Shown here in pieces: positions 52,579 to 63,762 of a stretch of DNA of 64,000 nucleotides. Source of the DNA: Mnemiopsis leidyi (Eukaryota); assembly GCA_048537945.1 (NCBI GenBank), contig CM108483.1, positions 9,786,715-9,850,714 on the forward strand, in the 5' to 3' direction. The stretch's first letter is position 1. Every line of letters starts with the position of its first letter. The translations under genes and the position numbers were made by a program. The notes beneath the pieces were generated by a model. That model was not told where the DNA came from. It saw only the letters and a program-made list of their open reading frames with translations, and did no database searches.

Positions 52579-53499
52579 CCTTTCTGTTGTATCGTGTTTG
52601 ACATGCTGTGTGTAGTGTGTACCTAGTTCGGTGGTGTATTGAGTCTAGATCTCACTTTAGCTTACTGCTATCCTTATGTTGTAATTACCTAATACCTCCG
52701 GTATGTAACTTGTGTTTCGTCTGCAATTGTATACTACCGTGCAGTTGAATTAGTTGTAGAAGTTGTCCTGACAATGTATTGCTTTTTTTAAATGCCACAT
52801 AAATCATCTAATTACCTGTTCCACAACTTATTGATTGTGCTTTGCCCCACCCAGAATGTGAAACAAAGTGTGTTAATATTGGTTGGTTGCTGTTTAAAGT
52901 TCTATCTTAATCATGATTCCTTTGCGGGAGCTAATGTGCGTATTGATGAAGAATGAATTAAGAGCGTTCCGCCGAGTTTGTTCATGTCTTTCTAGATTGC
53001 AGTTCAAAAGCATTCCTTGCGAGTTAGGATTGGTATCTAGATGGGGTGTAACTTTTCTTAAATTCGATATTTTAGCTTTGTGGGTTTCTGCAGAAAGTTA
53101 GGAGAAGGTCAATGTAGCAAGGTCAATGTAGCTACGAAATGTAGTTCGAAAGTAAACGTCCTTAGAAAGCTTGAATGGAATGTGTACAAATTATTAAAAT
53201 TGTTGTCTAACAACCAGGCATAACAACTTTTGTTTTCGTGATCTACACAATTTTATTTGAAGGGCCTTAACGTTGGGCAAATAAGCTGATACATTTAGCA
53301 CATTTGGTGATTCCCTAATTTTTTCCTGCTCCTTCGTATTTTCTTATCCAGATCACAATAATCTGCACCTCAATACTGTACCAGCTGGTTGCATTTCTAC
53401 TCATTGTTATATGGTTTTCCATCTCAATTCTTTACTCCCCATTGACCAGGAAAGCAGTTTCAGCCATGAACTAGAAGAGAGATAGAGAGAGATTAAGCA

Positions 53500-53648
53500 A
53501 TGGACCGTTACTGTAAGGGATGGTCAACAACCGACGGACTGTGTACACCCGAATTTGTAAAACTTATCACTAACTCGTTTGTCATCCTCTCCGCTCTCGT
53601 CCTCTTCTACTTCAACAGTGTCGGAGCTAAACGACTTGTCAGATTCTG
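53500..53648 (+). CDS. ABCC/MRP transporter exon 1 (start codon; TMD0: MDRYCKGWSTTDGLCTPEFVKLITNSFVILSALVLFYFNSVGAKRLVRF)
   Basis: ATG followed by a Cys-rich extracellular N-terminus and first TM helix as in MRP1 TMD0. GTGAGT donor at 53649. Confidence 0.7.
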
Positions 53649-53783
53649 GTGAGTCTGAAATGGAGTTTTTTTAAAAGTTTTGACCCGATGGAGTTGAGAA
53701 TTTTAGATTCAGTCCAGGATCATACCTTCAAAAGTATATCGATTGAACTTTCTGTAACCTAGTTCATACATAATCCGTTTCAG

Positions 53784-53904
53784 GTATCACAACCTTCAGT
53801 ATGCGTGTATAATTGGAACAATATTCCTTACTATTGTGGAGATAATAGCATGGCATACTCTGTACGGTACAAAGTCCTTCATCATTCTCAACTCAATTTA
53901 TCAG
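53784..53904 (+). CDS. ABCC/MRP exon 2 (TMD0)
   Basis: tttcag acceptor and GTACAT donor. Frame continues W-YHNLQYACIIGTIFLTIVEIIAWHTLYGTKSFIILNSIYQ. Confidence 0.65.
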
Positions 53905-54010
53905 GTACATGTACTTTCTATTGGGAAGTTTTATCATAATTCTAAGATTAAGGTACAAACTTTCTCAATTTCTTTACCATTGAGCGGAAGTAGCAGTACC
54001 ATTCTGTCAG

Positions 54011-54136
54011 GTGTTTGGCGTGATGGCTACAGGAGTTCTGTACGCTGGAGGAGAACGAACCGCTCGGAGACTTCCTCTTGTTATTCTTACTGTTTCCTAC
54101 ATCACTTCCCTAGCTGCTAACGTCCTCATCATCGTG
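54011..54136 (+). CDS. ABCC/MRP exon 3 (TMD0)
   Basis: ctgtcag acceptor and GTAAGG donor; phase 0; hydrophobic TM segment. Confidence 0.65.
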
Positions 54137-54252
54137 GTAAGGCAGTTCTCTCTACGCTTATTTCAGGATTATAATATACTAGGCGAAGAATCATTTTCTT
54201 GATCAAGCACAATAATCTCAATTTTCACAAGCTAATTTCCCGACCGTTACAG

Positions 54253-54372
54253 AGACTAGTTGACTTGTTGAATGTCAAAGACCCTGGTAGCGTGGATGTT
54301 CGTGTTTACATCTCAGCTGTTCGAGCTTTATTCTACTTCGTTCTCATCATCATATGTTGCCTCAACATTATT
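54253..54372 (+). CDS. ABCC/MRP exon 4 (TMD0)
   Basis: ttacag acceptor and GTACGT donor; phase 0. Confidence 0.65.
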
Positions 54373-54541
54373 GTACGTTATGTTTTGGGCATGTTATTCT
54401 CAATCAAGTTAAATTACTGTTTTTCCATAATCTAGGAACCGTGCAATGCCGCGGTCTTGCATTCCTGTTTCCTCGTTTGTATTCTCATACAACCTCCATG
54501 TGTACAAGATTCGATGATATAACTCTTTCTCTCTCGTGTAG

Positions 54542-54703
54542 AAAGGGAGGGTTTCCTGGTCGCGGGTAGCAGACAGAGAGACGTGCAATAAACACTGGAC
54601 AGCAGCCCTGCCCTCACGTCTCACCTTTGCTTGGATGCGGGGCTTGTTGGTCCAGGGCTGGAAGAAACCTCTGGAAATGTCAGACATTGGGGCCCCTCCG
54701 CAG
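54542..54703 (+). CDS. ABCC/MRP exon 5 (L0 linker: ...ALPSRLTFAWMRGLLVQGWKKPLEMSDIGAPPQ)
   Basis: Matches the MRP1 L0 motif [30 protein letters not shown]. Polypyrimidine tract plus tag acceptor, GTATAG donor. Confidence 0.75.
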
Positions 54704-54927
54704 GTATAGCTATGTTTGATCTGTCCAGGTGTTTTTGTAGAGTTGATCTGGCGGTTTGCATTCTTACCATAGTATAGTACTATACTATAGTATAGTACTT
54801 TTCTATACTACTATAGTATGTACTATCTTCACAGTCTAGTAGTACGAATAGGATAAATTTAAGTTATCAAGCCGTCTTCAAGATAAAAGATCGCCGTCAT
54901 GATGTTATCTTCTTGTTCGTGTCACAG

Positions 54928-55176
54928 GATTTGATGATTGATCCTCTGAATTTCTTCAAATTTCAGGTGGATAAGTGTGGCCCCCTGGCTGCTGCCTTCG
55001 ACAAGATGTGGGCCGAGGAGGTAAAGAAAGAGAGTCCCTCTCTGATCATTGTGTGCTTGAAGCTTTTCAAGTCGACCTACCTTTCTTCCATCGTTATGAG
55101 AGTTATCGGCGATGGAATGATTTTCTTGTCGCCTTTTGCTATTAGCGGCATCAACATTTACATCTTGACAGTGCAG
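54928..55176 (+). CDS. ABCC/MRP exon 6 (L0/TMD1 start)
   Basis: cacag acceptor and GTAGGT donor; 83 codons in phase 0. Confidence 0.75.
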
Positions 55177-55357
55177 GTAGGTCTTTAGGCGGACAGCGTA
55201 CACCGTCTTTCTATAATTTTCGTGGCATCTGTGACTTCGGTTTTAAAATTTCTAGCAGTGCCTAAATCTAGGTACTACGTTTTCCAGGTAATGATCTTAT
55301 TCCATTTTGATTTAAATCTCAGATAACTGTAAAATATAGAAATGTTTATCTTCTCAG

Positions 55358-55509
55358 AGTGACGTGGAGAAAGAACGGCTCAATCTTGGAGTTAATGTAA
55401 CAAGTCAACCTACAATTGACAAACTTCTTCTCGCGTCCGACTTTGTCAAGAACGGCTTCTTCCTCTGTTTCGTTATATTTCTTACTGGAGTTTCTCAGAG
55501 TATTCTCAG
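55358..55509 (+). CDS. ABCC/MRP exon 7 (TMD1)
   Basis: ctcag acceptor and GTAAGC donor. Confidence 0.7.
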
Positions 55510-55616
55510 GTAAGCGAAGTCCCATTATGCCTGAATGAAATTGACCGTCGGAAAACCGAATTTTACCCATGACTTATGTGTATTCTCTAAATCCACGCTA
55601 ACTGTGTAACTCCTCA

Positions 55617-55744
55617 GTTCGCGTTATTCCATGTTCATGAACTTCTGGAGAGCCACCCACGTACGTGCTCTCCTTCAATTTACAGTTTTCAAGAAAGCTC
55701 TGAGGTTGGCTTCTTGGGCCAGCAAGGATCCTGACCTTACCCAA
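55617..55744 (+). CDS. ABCC/MRP exon 8 (TMD1)
   Basis: cctcag acceptor and GTAACG donor; phases consistent with exons 7 and 9. Confidence 0.7.
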
Positions 55745-55870
55745 GGTAACGTTTCTGTGGACTGCACACGGTTTAGTTACTCGATAGCTTGTGTATTTAT
55801 TGACCAATTTTCTATGTTTAAAAAGTTGGCATTTAGCTATATAAAAACTGTATACAAAAATTCTTGCCAG

Positions 55871-55959
55871 GCAAAATACTGAACGTTATGAGTACGGACA
55901 CTCAGCAGTATCACTTCATGTTTTATTTCGTCAACTTCCTCGTTGTTTCTCCTCTTATG
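55871..55959 (+). CDS. ABCC/MRP exon 9 (TMD1: GKILNVMSTDTQQYHFMFYFVNFLVVSPLM)
   Basis: Matches MRP1 [30 protein letters not shown]. ttgccag acceptor and GTGAGT donor. Confidence 0.75.
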
Positions 55960-56157
55960 GTGAGTTGATAAGTAAATCTTCAAGTTCTTGTTTTTTCATC
56001 TCCATTGACTTCCAAAATTCTATTGCATTCCATATAATAACTGTTAAACAATCAATGTTTATCGACTATAACAGTGTTTATTGCTTCACCATTACAGATT
56101 TTAATTTGTTGGCCAGTTTTATTACATTTGTTAGAGGGTGACGTTTAAACTTTTCAG

Positions 56158-56286
56158 ATTATTGCCTGTATCGTTCTACTGTTACTGGACATTGGTTGGG
56201 TCTCTCTGATTGGAATTTTTTTCCTTTTTGCATCCTTCCCCATAAATGGTTTAGTTGCAAAGAAAATGGGTGAATGTCAACGCCAG
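56158..56286 (+). CDS. ABCC/MRP exon 10 (TMD1)
   Basis: ttttcag acceptor and GTGTGT donor; 43 codons in phase 0. Confidence 0.7.
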
Positions 56287-56392
56287 GTGTGTTTATTCTT
56301 AAAATTTACGGTTTCAAAATATTTATAGAATTATTTGATCCCCCTGAAAATAATCGGAGTAATATAGGGTAATATGATAAAATTTCTCTCAG

Positions 56393-56518
56393 ATAATGTA
56401 TGCTAAAGATAAGCGTATGAAGGTCATGAACGAGATGTTACTGGGAATGAAAAGTATCAAGATGTACAGTTGGGAGCCCATATTCGAGAAGATGATCGAC
56501 GACGCTAGAAAACAGGAA
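56393..56518 (+). CDS. ABCC/MRP exon 11 (TMD1: KRMKVMNEMLLGMKSIKMYSWE)
   Basis: Matches MRP1 [22 protein letters not shown]. tctctcag acceptor and GTAAGT donor. Confidence 0.8.
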
Positions 56519-56770
56519 GTAAGTTCAAGCTCGTAAGAATTAACAATTTTCTGTGAATTTTATGTTCTTCAGGGTGGCGTTCGACAGAAGTTGTGACCCA
56601 GTAAGATTCTGCTGAACCTATCACTAAAGGTTCACTAAAGGTTCTCTGTTAGGAAATCTGTTCTTTATAACTGATAAGTTGATCACAATTACCCGTAAGA
56701 ACTGTCTAAAAGGATTACTAACTGTTAAACTTATCAAAGTATTCCTACACCTCACTACTCTCTACTTCAG

Positions 56771-56937
56771 ATGAAGATTCTCAGGAAGCAGATGACACTG
56801 AGAGCAGTGTTTATCTTCATAGCTAATGTAATGCCAACCATAATGGCCTGCTCCATATTCGTTATCTACAGCGCCACCTCAGACATAGACCCAGCTACGG
56901 GTGAGCGTGAACCTCTTACTACTGCTCTTGCTCTTAG
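56771..56937 (+). CDS. ABCC/MRP exon 12 (TMD1)
   Basis: cttcag acceptor and GTCTGT donor. Confidence 0.7.
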
Positions 56938-57135
56938 GTCTGTCTTCATATTGCTCACACTCTTTAAATCTCAGCATTCTTTATAATCTGCCTCAATTTT
57001 TACAGAAATATCGTTTGATTCTGTAAATAGATATATTTTTGTTTGTGGTTCATATCAATAAATCAAATTCCTCACCTTAATTACTGCTTTACTACCCCCA
57101 CTCCCCAGTAAACTTACCATCATCTCTCTCCTCAG

Positions 57136-57306
57136 AACTTTAGCTCTACTTAACATTCTGAGACTACCTTTCATCCTAATCCCCTTCGCTATCGGTGCCT
57201 TTGTCTCTGGTAGAGCCTGTGCACAGAGGATAACCAAGTACCTCAAGGCTCCGGAGCTCCCTATTGATGACGATCTCATGTCTAATGGATCTGATCCTGA
57301 TGTTGT
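57136..57306 (+). CDS. ABCC/MRP exon 13 (end of TMD1 and the junction to NBD1)
   Basis: ctcctcag acceptor and GTATGT donor; phase joins exon 14. Confidence 0.65.
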
Positions 57307-57464
57307 GTATGTGGTTTTTCAGTTCATACGTTTCAAGTAATACCTAAATCATGACACAGGGCGTTTGGAAAGTTGAATGATATCATTCTTATAATTTTAT
57401 TGATTAAATTATGTATATACTATTTCGTGAGCTCATTAAGTAACCGAAAATCGCTACTCTTCAG

Positions 57465-57684
57465 AGCTATGAACCACAACACTAAAACGTCCCTGGACAA
57501 AGAAACAGCGATAGAGTTCAGTAACGCTACCCTTACTTGGGACGTAGTAGATGACGCGGCTTTAATCCTCCAGAACGTTAACGTCAAGATTCCCAAGGGT
57601 AAACTGACGATCGTAGTGGGCGAGGTCGGTTCTGGGAAGACTGCTCTTGTCAGCGCTCTTCTTAACGAGATGCACATTAAGTCT
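57465..57684 (+). CDS. ABCC/MRP exon 14 (NBD1 Walker A: VVGEVGSGKTALVSALLNEM)
   Basis: GxxGxGKT/S P-loop in the MRP NBD1 context. ctcttcag acceptor and GTAAGT donor. Confidence 0.85.
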
Positions 57685-57851
57685 GTAAGTAACCTTTTTT
57701 CTGAACGTCATGATATGCAGTTAATGGAGCCTAATTTAGTAAATTCTGCAAGCCAGGACTTGGCCCGTATAACTAAAAACTTGAAAAGCAGTTTGTTGCC
57801 TAATCGTAAATAAGTAAGTTTTGCTGTAGACGTTAAACTGGAATAATTCAG

Positions 57852-58274
57852 GGAAAGGTAACGAGAAGTATTAAAAGTGATAAGATAAGTTACGCCTCGC
57901 AAAGTCCATGGATTCTCAACTCTACTGTCAAAGAAAACATCATATTCGGACAGCCACTAGACGAGCGTCGGTATAAAAGCGTGTGTGCTGCAGCTTGTCT
58001 CGATTTGGACTTGAAAACACTGCCAGGTGGCGATCAAACTGAAATCGGGGAACGTGGAATCAACCTCAGCGGTGGACAGCGTCAGAGAGTCAGTGTCGCT
58101 CGGGCTCTGTACGCGCAGTCCGATCTTGTTATTCTTGATGATCCGTTATCTGCTCTGGATGCGCACGTTGGAAGTAAACTGTTTGAGAAGGGTATAAAGA
58201 AGTTCCTGGGTGAGGCAAACAGGACTGTTGTTCTCATAACTCATCACCTGCAGTATCTGAAGAATGCCGATTTG
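57852..58274 (+). CDS. ABCC/MRP exon 15 (NBD1 Q-loop, ABC signature LSGGQRQR, Walker B LVILDDPLSALDAHVG, H-loop)
   Basis: Motif-for-motif match to MRP1 NBD1. aattcag acceptor; the donor is placed at the weak GTTGGT site to keep ...NADL|VIELDHG in frame, so the 3' end is less certain. Confidence 0.8.
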
Positions 58275-58466
58275 GTTGGTTACGTTTTTGAAATCAGCTG
58301 ACAGTTGTTAAGCGTTGCTAGGTTTTATCTAAAAATGAACTTTTAACTATATATTCAGATCTAATGAAACTCTTTATTTTACCCGCAGTTGAATTAACTT
58401 ATTATGATTACAGAAGACAAGATGAGAGGGTCAAAGTTACTGAGTATAACACAAAGTTACTTGCAG

Positions 58467-58631
58467 GTTATAGAACTAGACCATGGTAAACTAAGTTACG
58501 TTGGAGATCACACTCAATACGAGAAGGAATCCCAGTTTTACAAGAACTTTCTAGAAAACTTAGCCAACCAAACAGAGGAGGGAGATGAAGTCACGGAGGA
58601 GATACCTAGAAAAGAGTCTGTCATTGATAAG
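58467..58631 (+). CDS. ABCC/MRP exon 16 (end of NBD1 and acidic linker)
   Basis: cttgcag acceptor and GTGACT donor; alternative donors exist up to 58712. Confidence 0.6.
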
Positions 58632-59329
58632 GTGACTGTCATAAACTGTATTGAGAAATTGAGGTGTAACCTGAAAGCAGTGTTACCTGAAAGCAGTGTT
58701 ACAGCGTCTTAAAACTACTCTTAACTCCAAAAGGGCTTATGGACAGCCTTAAGCCGTTCACTGGTTACTTTAAGCCGTATATAGATTGAAATCAGTGAAT
58801 TGCTTACAAGATTAACATTATAAACTTGTCCCCGATTCAGAACCCAGCTCAAGTCAATACTTATGTAAGTAGGTAACTTATTATGTGGTATGTTGCAGTC
58901 TGCCCTGTTTCTTTGCCTATCGTTACTTGCCTTCCTTCGTTTACTCGCAATTCGTATATGTCTTAATTAGATCTTCGTTCATTAAGCTTGCTCATTTTTT
59001 CTTATGTCTTAAAGTTAACCTTTACCATTTAAATGTTAACACGCACCTTTTTTAAAACTAAGGCATTATATTTTTCACTTTAAACTAAAGCATTATATTT
59101 TCCCTTTAAAGATAAAGAAAAAACCCAACAATAAAACCAGATGTTCGGCTAGTCTACTACTCAAATCCTCCACATTTCTTATGGTGTAAAATATAGCCAT
59201 GTATAAATATTGAAACGACAGTATTTTACCTGTCCTACTGGCACAAGGAACCAATATCTAAACTATCGTATTTAAATTGGAGCCGTCTCTAGACGTACTG
59301 TTTAACTACAGTTTCAAATTTGTTTTTAG

Positions 59330-59488
59330 GTAACCGATACTGTAAATGTTGTTGGAAGCAAGAACCAAGTGTTTTTACACACTGTTGCTTGTACAATGTA
59401 CAGCACTGCCATATAAGGCCAACTTGCAACCGGTGTGTCTGTGATGATGTTAATTGGGGGGTTGTGAGCAAGCAAACGCAAAGCTACA
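59330..59488 (-). mobile_element. Inverted partial copy of the SINE body. It forms the left stem of a ~150 bp-stem palindrome with 59625-59783
   Basis: Reverse complement of 59625-59783. Track ORFs 59289-59471(-) and 59648-59833(+) encode identical peptides, which confirms the inverted duplication. Confidence 0.75.
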
Positions 59489-59790
59489 GGACCTGGTCGG
59501 TAAAATTAAGGAGAGCAGGGCCTGGGTAGCTTAGTGGTTATAGGTACTGGAGGTCGTGGGTTCAATTCCCGCTCCAGTCCCCTCGCCTTATTTTCCAACC
59601 GGTCCACTGATTGATTCACATGCCAGATCCTGTAGCTTTGCGTTTGCTTGCTCACAACCCCCCAATTAACATTATCACAGACACACCGGTTGCAAGTTGG
59701 CCTTATATGGCAGTGCTGTACATTGTACAAGCAACAGTGTGTAAAAACACTTGGTTCTTGCTTCCAACAACATTTACATTACACACACAC
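59489..59790 (+). mobile_element. tRNA-derived SINE copy 1. It has a tRNA-like head (gggcctgggTAGCTTAGTGGttatag...GGTTCAATTCCcgctccagtccc, with A-box and B-box) and a ~200 bp unique body
   Basis: The pol III A box (TRGCTTAGTGG) and B box (GGTTCAATTCC) sit at canonical spacing. The segment is duplicated at 59848-60044. It lies in an ABCC intron. Confidence 0.7.
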
Positions 59791-59847
59791 ACAGTCACCC
59801 CGTGTAGCAAGTGAATTGGATGTACAGCTGTGATATCGATAATAGAC

Positions 59848-60044
59848 CTGGTCGGTAAAATTAAGGAGAGCAGGGCCTGGGTAGCTTAGTGGTTATAGCA
59901 ACAGTCTGGGTACTGGAGGTCGTGGGTTCAATTCCCGCTCCAGTCCCCTCGCCTTATTTTCCAACCGGTCCACTGATTGATTCACATGCCAGATCCTGTA
60001 GCTTTGCGTTTGCTTGCTCACAACCCCCCAATTAACAGGTAACT
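59848..60044 (+). mobile_element. tRNA-derived SINE copy 2 (12 bp insertion in the head, body truncated after ccccccaattaaca)
   Basis: About 95 percent identical to 59489-59640. Confidence 0.7.
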
Positions 60045-60362
60045 GATACTTGCAACCTATACTTTGGCTTATGATAGTTTATTAAAAGATAACAACACAA
60101 GTAAAAGTAGGTTCACGTATACGATTTGCAGGTGCTAGACAAATATTAAGACCCTTAGCTTGTTAGAGTCTAGCACTTAGCCCTAAAAGCGGTTTGCTTT
60201 AGAATACATTGGCATACGCATGTGTGTAACTGTTCTGCTGCGATGTGTCTTTAACGATTGTTCCTCTTAAATGTGACTAGGTTTAATAGATCACAAGTAA
60301 AAATGATTCGTTGTAATGCAGGACAATCACATTGCAACAATAATCGTTTATTCTAATTTCAG

Positions 60363-60486
60363 ATGAAGAGACAGGAATCCCGGGCGGAAGATCTAAAGAA
60401 AAAGAAGGGTGGTCTTATGTCTGAAGAGGAACGAGAAAAGGGATCGGTCAGTCTCAGAGTTTACATGATTTGGGCATCTGCAGCAG
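60363..60486 (+). CDS. ABCC/MRP exon 17 (linker and start of TMD2: ...GSVSLRVYMIWASAAG)
   Basis: Matches MRP1 GQVKLSVYWDYMKAIG. tttcag acceptor and GTTCGT donor. Confidence 0.75.
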
Positions 60487-60681
60487 GTTCGTGTTATGTC
60501 ACTGTTTATCCTTTTGAAATCGACTTATAGCAGCTAAATTTGTGCTAAAATTTCTTTTGTCTACTTCAAATTTGTTAATATCACAAGCCGCAGTATAATA
60601 TGTTATTTTATGTACAGTTAACTAACTCATATTTTATTCTGTTCTTGTGAAATTCTTATTACTAATTTTGAAATTATGCAG

Positions 60682-60819
60682 GTGTGACACTGATAATATC
60701 ACTAACTTTACTCCTCATCTCTCAAATTGGTCGTATTGTTGTTGATTATTGGATCACTGTTTGGACGGAGAAACAGATAAAGGGCCCACAGTGGGAAAAC
60801 AACGATACTTACTACATCG
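60682..60819 (+). CDS. ABCC/MRP exon 18 (TMD2)
   Basis: ttatgcag acceptor and GTAATT donor; YWITVWTE matches MRP1 YWLSLWTD. Confidence 0.75.
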
Positions 60820-61102
60820 GTAATTAAACTATTTGAATGTTTGTCTTGTCCAAGGTAGTCAAAAGATTAGTTTAAGTACAATATAATTATAAGGTAAGTT
60901 ATGTCCTGATTTCAATGATGATCCCTAGATTTCTAAGTTGGTCATTTAAAAAGATTAATTGGGTTTAGAGTGTAATTTGGTGTAGCTAAATCAAATATCC
61001 TCATTCATGCGGCTGGTAGTTGGCAAGAAATCTATTTTTGTGACATTTTGCAGAAGAACAATTGATGTACAGATTTGTATCTTATTATAATCCATATCTC
61101 AG

Positions 61103-61277
61103 TAACTTACATTGGTCTGGCATTGCTGTCCAGTTTGCTAGTTTTTGTTGGAACTATCTTGATGGTATTTGACGCGATGCGTGCCAGTCAGACTCTCTTC
61201 AGAAACATGCTGCTTAGAATCATGAAAGCTACCCCTCGCTTTTTTGATATTACCCCTCTTGGGAGAATAATTAGCAG
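61103..61277 (+). CDS. ABCC/MRP exon 19 (TMD2: RASQTLFRNMLLRIMKATPRFFDITPLGRIISR)
   Basis: Matches MRP1 [23 protein letters not shown]. atctcag acceptor and GTAATT donor. Confidence 0.8.
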
Positions 61278-61459
61278 GTAATTCTTATAAAATTAAAATC
61301 TGTAAAAATTATGGTCGTAAGCTTTATAAATGGTCGTAAGCAAATTACTCAACCAAAAACAAACATCCAATTGTACATTTTTTTCTGAACAAAAAACTGT
61401 TTTGATGACTTTAACAACCACCCCGTCCCCAGACAAACGATAACTCTTCCCCTCCCTAG

Positions 61460-61587
61460 GTTCAGTAACGACGTAACTAGTGTAGACACTACTCTCCTGG
61501 AGAACGTTAACAGTGCTTACAGTCTCGTTACACGTGTTCTCTGTGTCCTTGTCATGCAGATGGTGGCCAGCTACTACTTCGGAATAG
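61460..61587 (+). CDS. ABCC/MRP exon 20 (TMD2: RFSNDVTSVDTTL...)
   Basis: Matches MRP1 RFSKELDTVDSMI. cctccctag acceptor and GTTAAT donor. Confidence 0.75.
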
Positions 61588-61864
61588 GTTAATTGTATAT
61601 CTTTAAAGGGACTGTCGGAAATCTTTACTATAATGTGCCGTGTTTCAAAGATGCGATTGTTAAGTTTTATAACAAACACACGTGATACAAGACATTTCCG
61701 ACCCCAAATCTAACATGTTATAGCATGGATATTAAATACATAGAGGGTAACATAAATGATTATCGTATCTTCAGTTATTACAAATTTTTTTTCTGTATAT
61801 GACTTGTGGTACTTTTATTATTTCTAATGTCTTTAAATGTCATGCATGATCAAGCATACCTCAG

Positions 61865-62021
61865 CGATTGTGCCGATGTTCCTGATCTACTACGTTGTAC
61901 AGAAGATATACATTACAACCTCGAGAGAGATACAGAGACTGGATAGTATCTGTAAATCTCCCGTCATGGCTCTCTTCTCGGAATCTCTGGGCGGGCTTTC
62001 CACCATCAGAGCTTATCTAAA
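61865..62021 (+). CDS. ABCC/MRP exon 21 (TMD2: ...REIQRLDSICKSPVMALFSESLGGLSTIRAY)
   Basis: Matches MRP1 [31 protein letters not shown]. acctcag acceptor; the GTATAT donor position is the least certain part. Confidence 0.65.
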
Positions 62022-62189
62022 GTATATCTCATAGCACATCAAACTTTTCAAAGTATTCGCACTATCACTTTTTTACTTAGTTTTCTAATTATATCACTCA
62101 TTTCTCGATAATTAGGAAAAATTAATAACTATCACACGTATATTGTGAATCTCTAAACTCTTCAGGTCAACACACATAATTTTCCCCAG

Positions 62190-62299
62190 AATACCAAGTT
62201 TCCAACAAAGGATGGAGAAGTATGTAGATGCGAGTACAAACACCTTTATGCTTGTAAACATGGCAGCAAACTGGGTCGGATTTAGGCTTGATCTTATAG
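62190..62299 (+). CDS. ABCC/MRP exon 22 (TMD2)
   Basis: ccccag acceptor and GTAAAT donor; phase consistent. Confidence 0.65.
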
Positions 62300-62565
62300 G
62301 TAAATATATATGTAGGTAGTAGGTGTTGTTTCTTGATTTTGAGTAGCTATGATTGACAGATTTAGCCCCAGAGCACTAAAACCCAGAGATTTGGTGGCCG
62401 ACGTCGTGCCAAAGAACATCGTGCATTGTGCAGTCTGAACTGCTGATGGCTTGCCCATGTGAATGCTAACTTCATCTGTCAGCTATGCTAAGCGCTAACT
62501 TATAACTACATATTGACTAAACTGTAAATGCTAACAATAAACCATACTAACAGTTTCTATTCCAG

Positions 62566-62722
62566 GCGTTATAATAACAACTCTATCCGGGCTGGTTTGT
62601 GTTATTTTGTCCGGTCAAACGAGCGGTGACGGGTTCCTTATTTCTGCATCTGATGCTGGGTTGGCGCTTACTTTCGCACTGACCTTGCCGGGCGAGCTTA
62701 ATTGGATGTTAAGAAATCTCAG
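62566..62722 (+). CDS. ABCC/MRP exon 23 (last TM helices of TMD2: ...LTLPGELNWMLRNLR)
   Basis: Matches MRP1 LQVTTYLNWLVRMSS. ttccag acceptor and GTTAGT donor. Confidence 0.75.
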
Positions 62723-62928
62723 GTTAGTGCTTATTTTGTTCCAACTAATTAACAATTGCTTCGTCGTGAATAAGATATCGTCACTTCCATTTGATGATTC
62801 AATTTAAATAGCTTGATTTCTAGTAAACAAGCACTTAAGTATCAAGTTAATATTTGGTAAATAAGTAGATAATTAGATAAGTAGATAAATAAATATTGCA
62901 TAAATACTTAAGTTAATCACCTTGCCAG

Positions 62929-63118
62929 TATGATGGAGCTGTACATGAATGCTGTAGAACGTATAGACAACTACGCAACTGTAGTTCCGATAGAAGAAGA
63001 CGACGGACAAACTGACCCCGGCCCCTCGTGGCCCGAAAAGGGAGAAGTCAAGTTTTCTAACTACTACGGAGCGTACAGCGATGATTTAGACAGTGTACTT
63101 CAGGACGTTTCCGTTACG
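62929..63118 (+). CDS. ABCC/MRP exon 24 (junction from TMD2 to NBD2: ...ELYMNAVERIDNY...WPEKGEVKFSNY...)
   Basis: Matches MRP1 ETNIVAVERLKEY...WPQVGRVEFRNY. ttgccag acceptor and GTGCGG donor. Confidence 0.75.
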
Positions 63119-63243
63119 GTGCGGTGAAAATTATACTAAACTTAATAAATTCCTGCTTGATTCTTGATCCTAAAGCCTGTCACTCGTAATCTTTTATTCG
63201 ATCATTTCTGTCGAATGATTATTACTAATCAGTCTCATTGCAG

Positions 63244-63336
63244 ATACCAGCAGGAAAACGTATAGGTATTTGTGGTAGAACTGGGAGCGGAAAGTCTTCC
63301 CTAACCATTGCCCTCTTCAGATTGCTGACCTGCAAG
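63244..63336 (+). CDS. ABCC/MRP exon 25 (NBD2 Walker A: IGICGRTGSGKSSLTIALFRL)
   Basis: GRTGSGKSS P-loop as in MRP1 NBD2 (GRTGAGKSS). ctcattgcag acceptor and GTGAGA donor. Confidence 0.85.
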
Positions 63337-63762
63337 GTGAGAATCCTAGGACTAAGCAGTTTATATACGTCGTGCAACGTGCGCGCCTTTTTTGTGTTTA
63401 ATTCGGCCGGTCACAACAATCATGACATGTCTGGAACACGCGACCGCTTAGACTCTGATATCTCCCGCGTTGTTGAAATAATTTCATAAAATTAAAGAAT
63501 TATAAATAAATGATAAGACATAAGTAATAAGTAAATAGATAGATACTAGATAGATGGATGGACAAAGTTTAGATTGAATAATAAGTACAATAGATAACTC
63601 GTTTAAGTAAGATATTCGATTTCTGAATTGTAGATGTATAGTGTTTAGTATTTCATGCTGTTGTTGGCGCCATTTATTCAGCAATTCTAGCAACCTGTCA
63701 CGGATCTTATGCTGCTCACGAAACCGCCTACAAGAAAACATGCAAACTCATTTTGTTTTCAG

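Noticed and set aside
59518-59581. Possible genuine tRNA gene (TAGCTTAGTGG ... GGTTCAATTCC)
   Set aside because: It is duplicated together with ~200 bp of non-tRNA sequence. The acceptor stem and anticodon arm do not form a clean cloverleaf by eye, and the second copy has a 12 bp insertion in the anticodon region. A SINE head fits better than a tRNA gene
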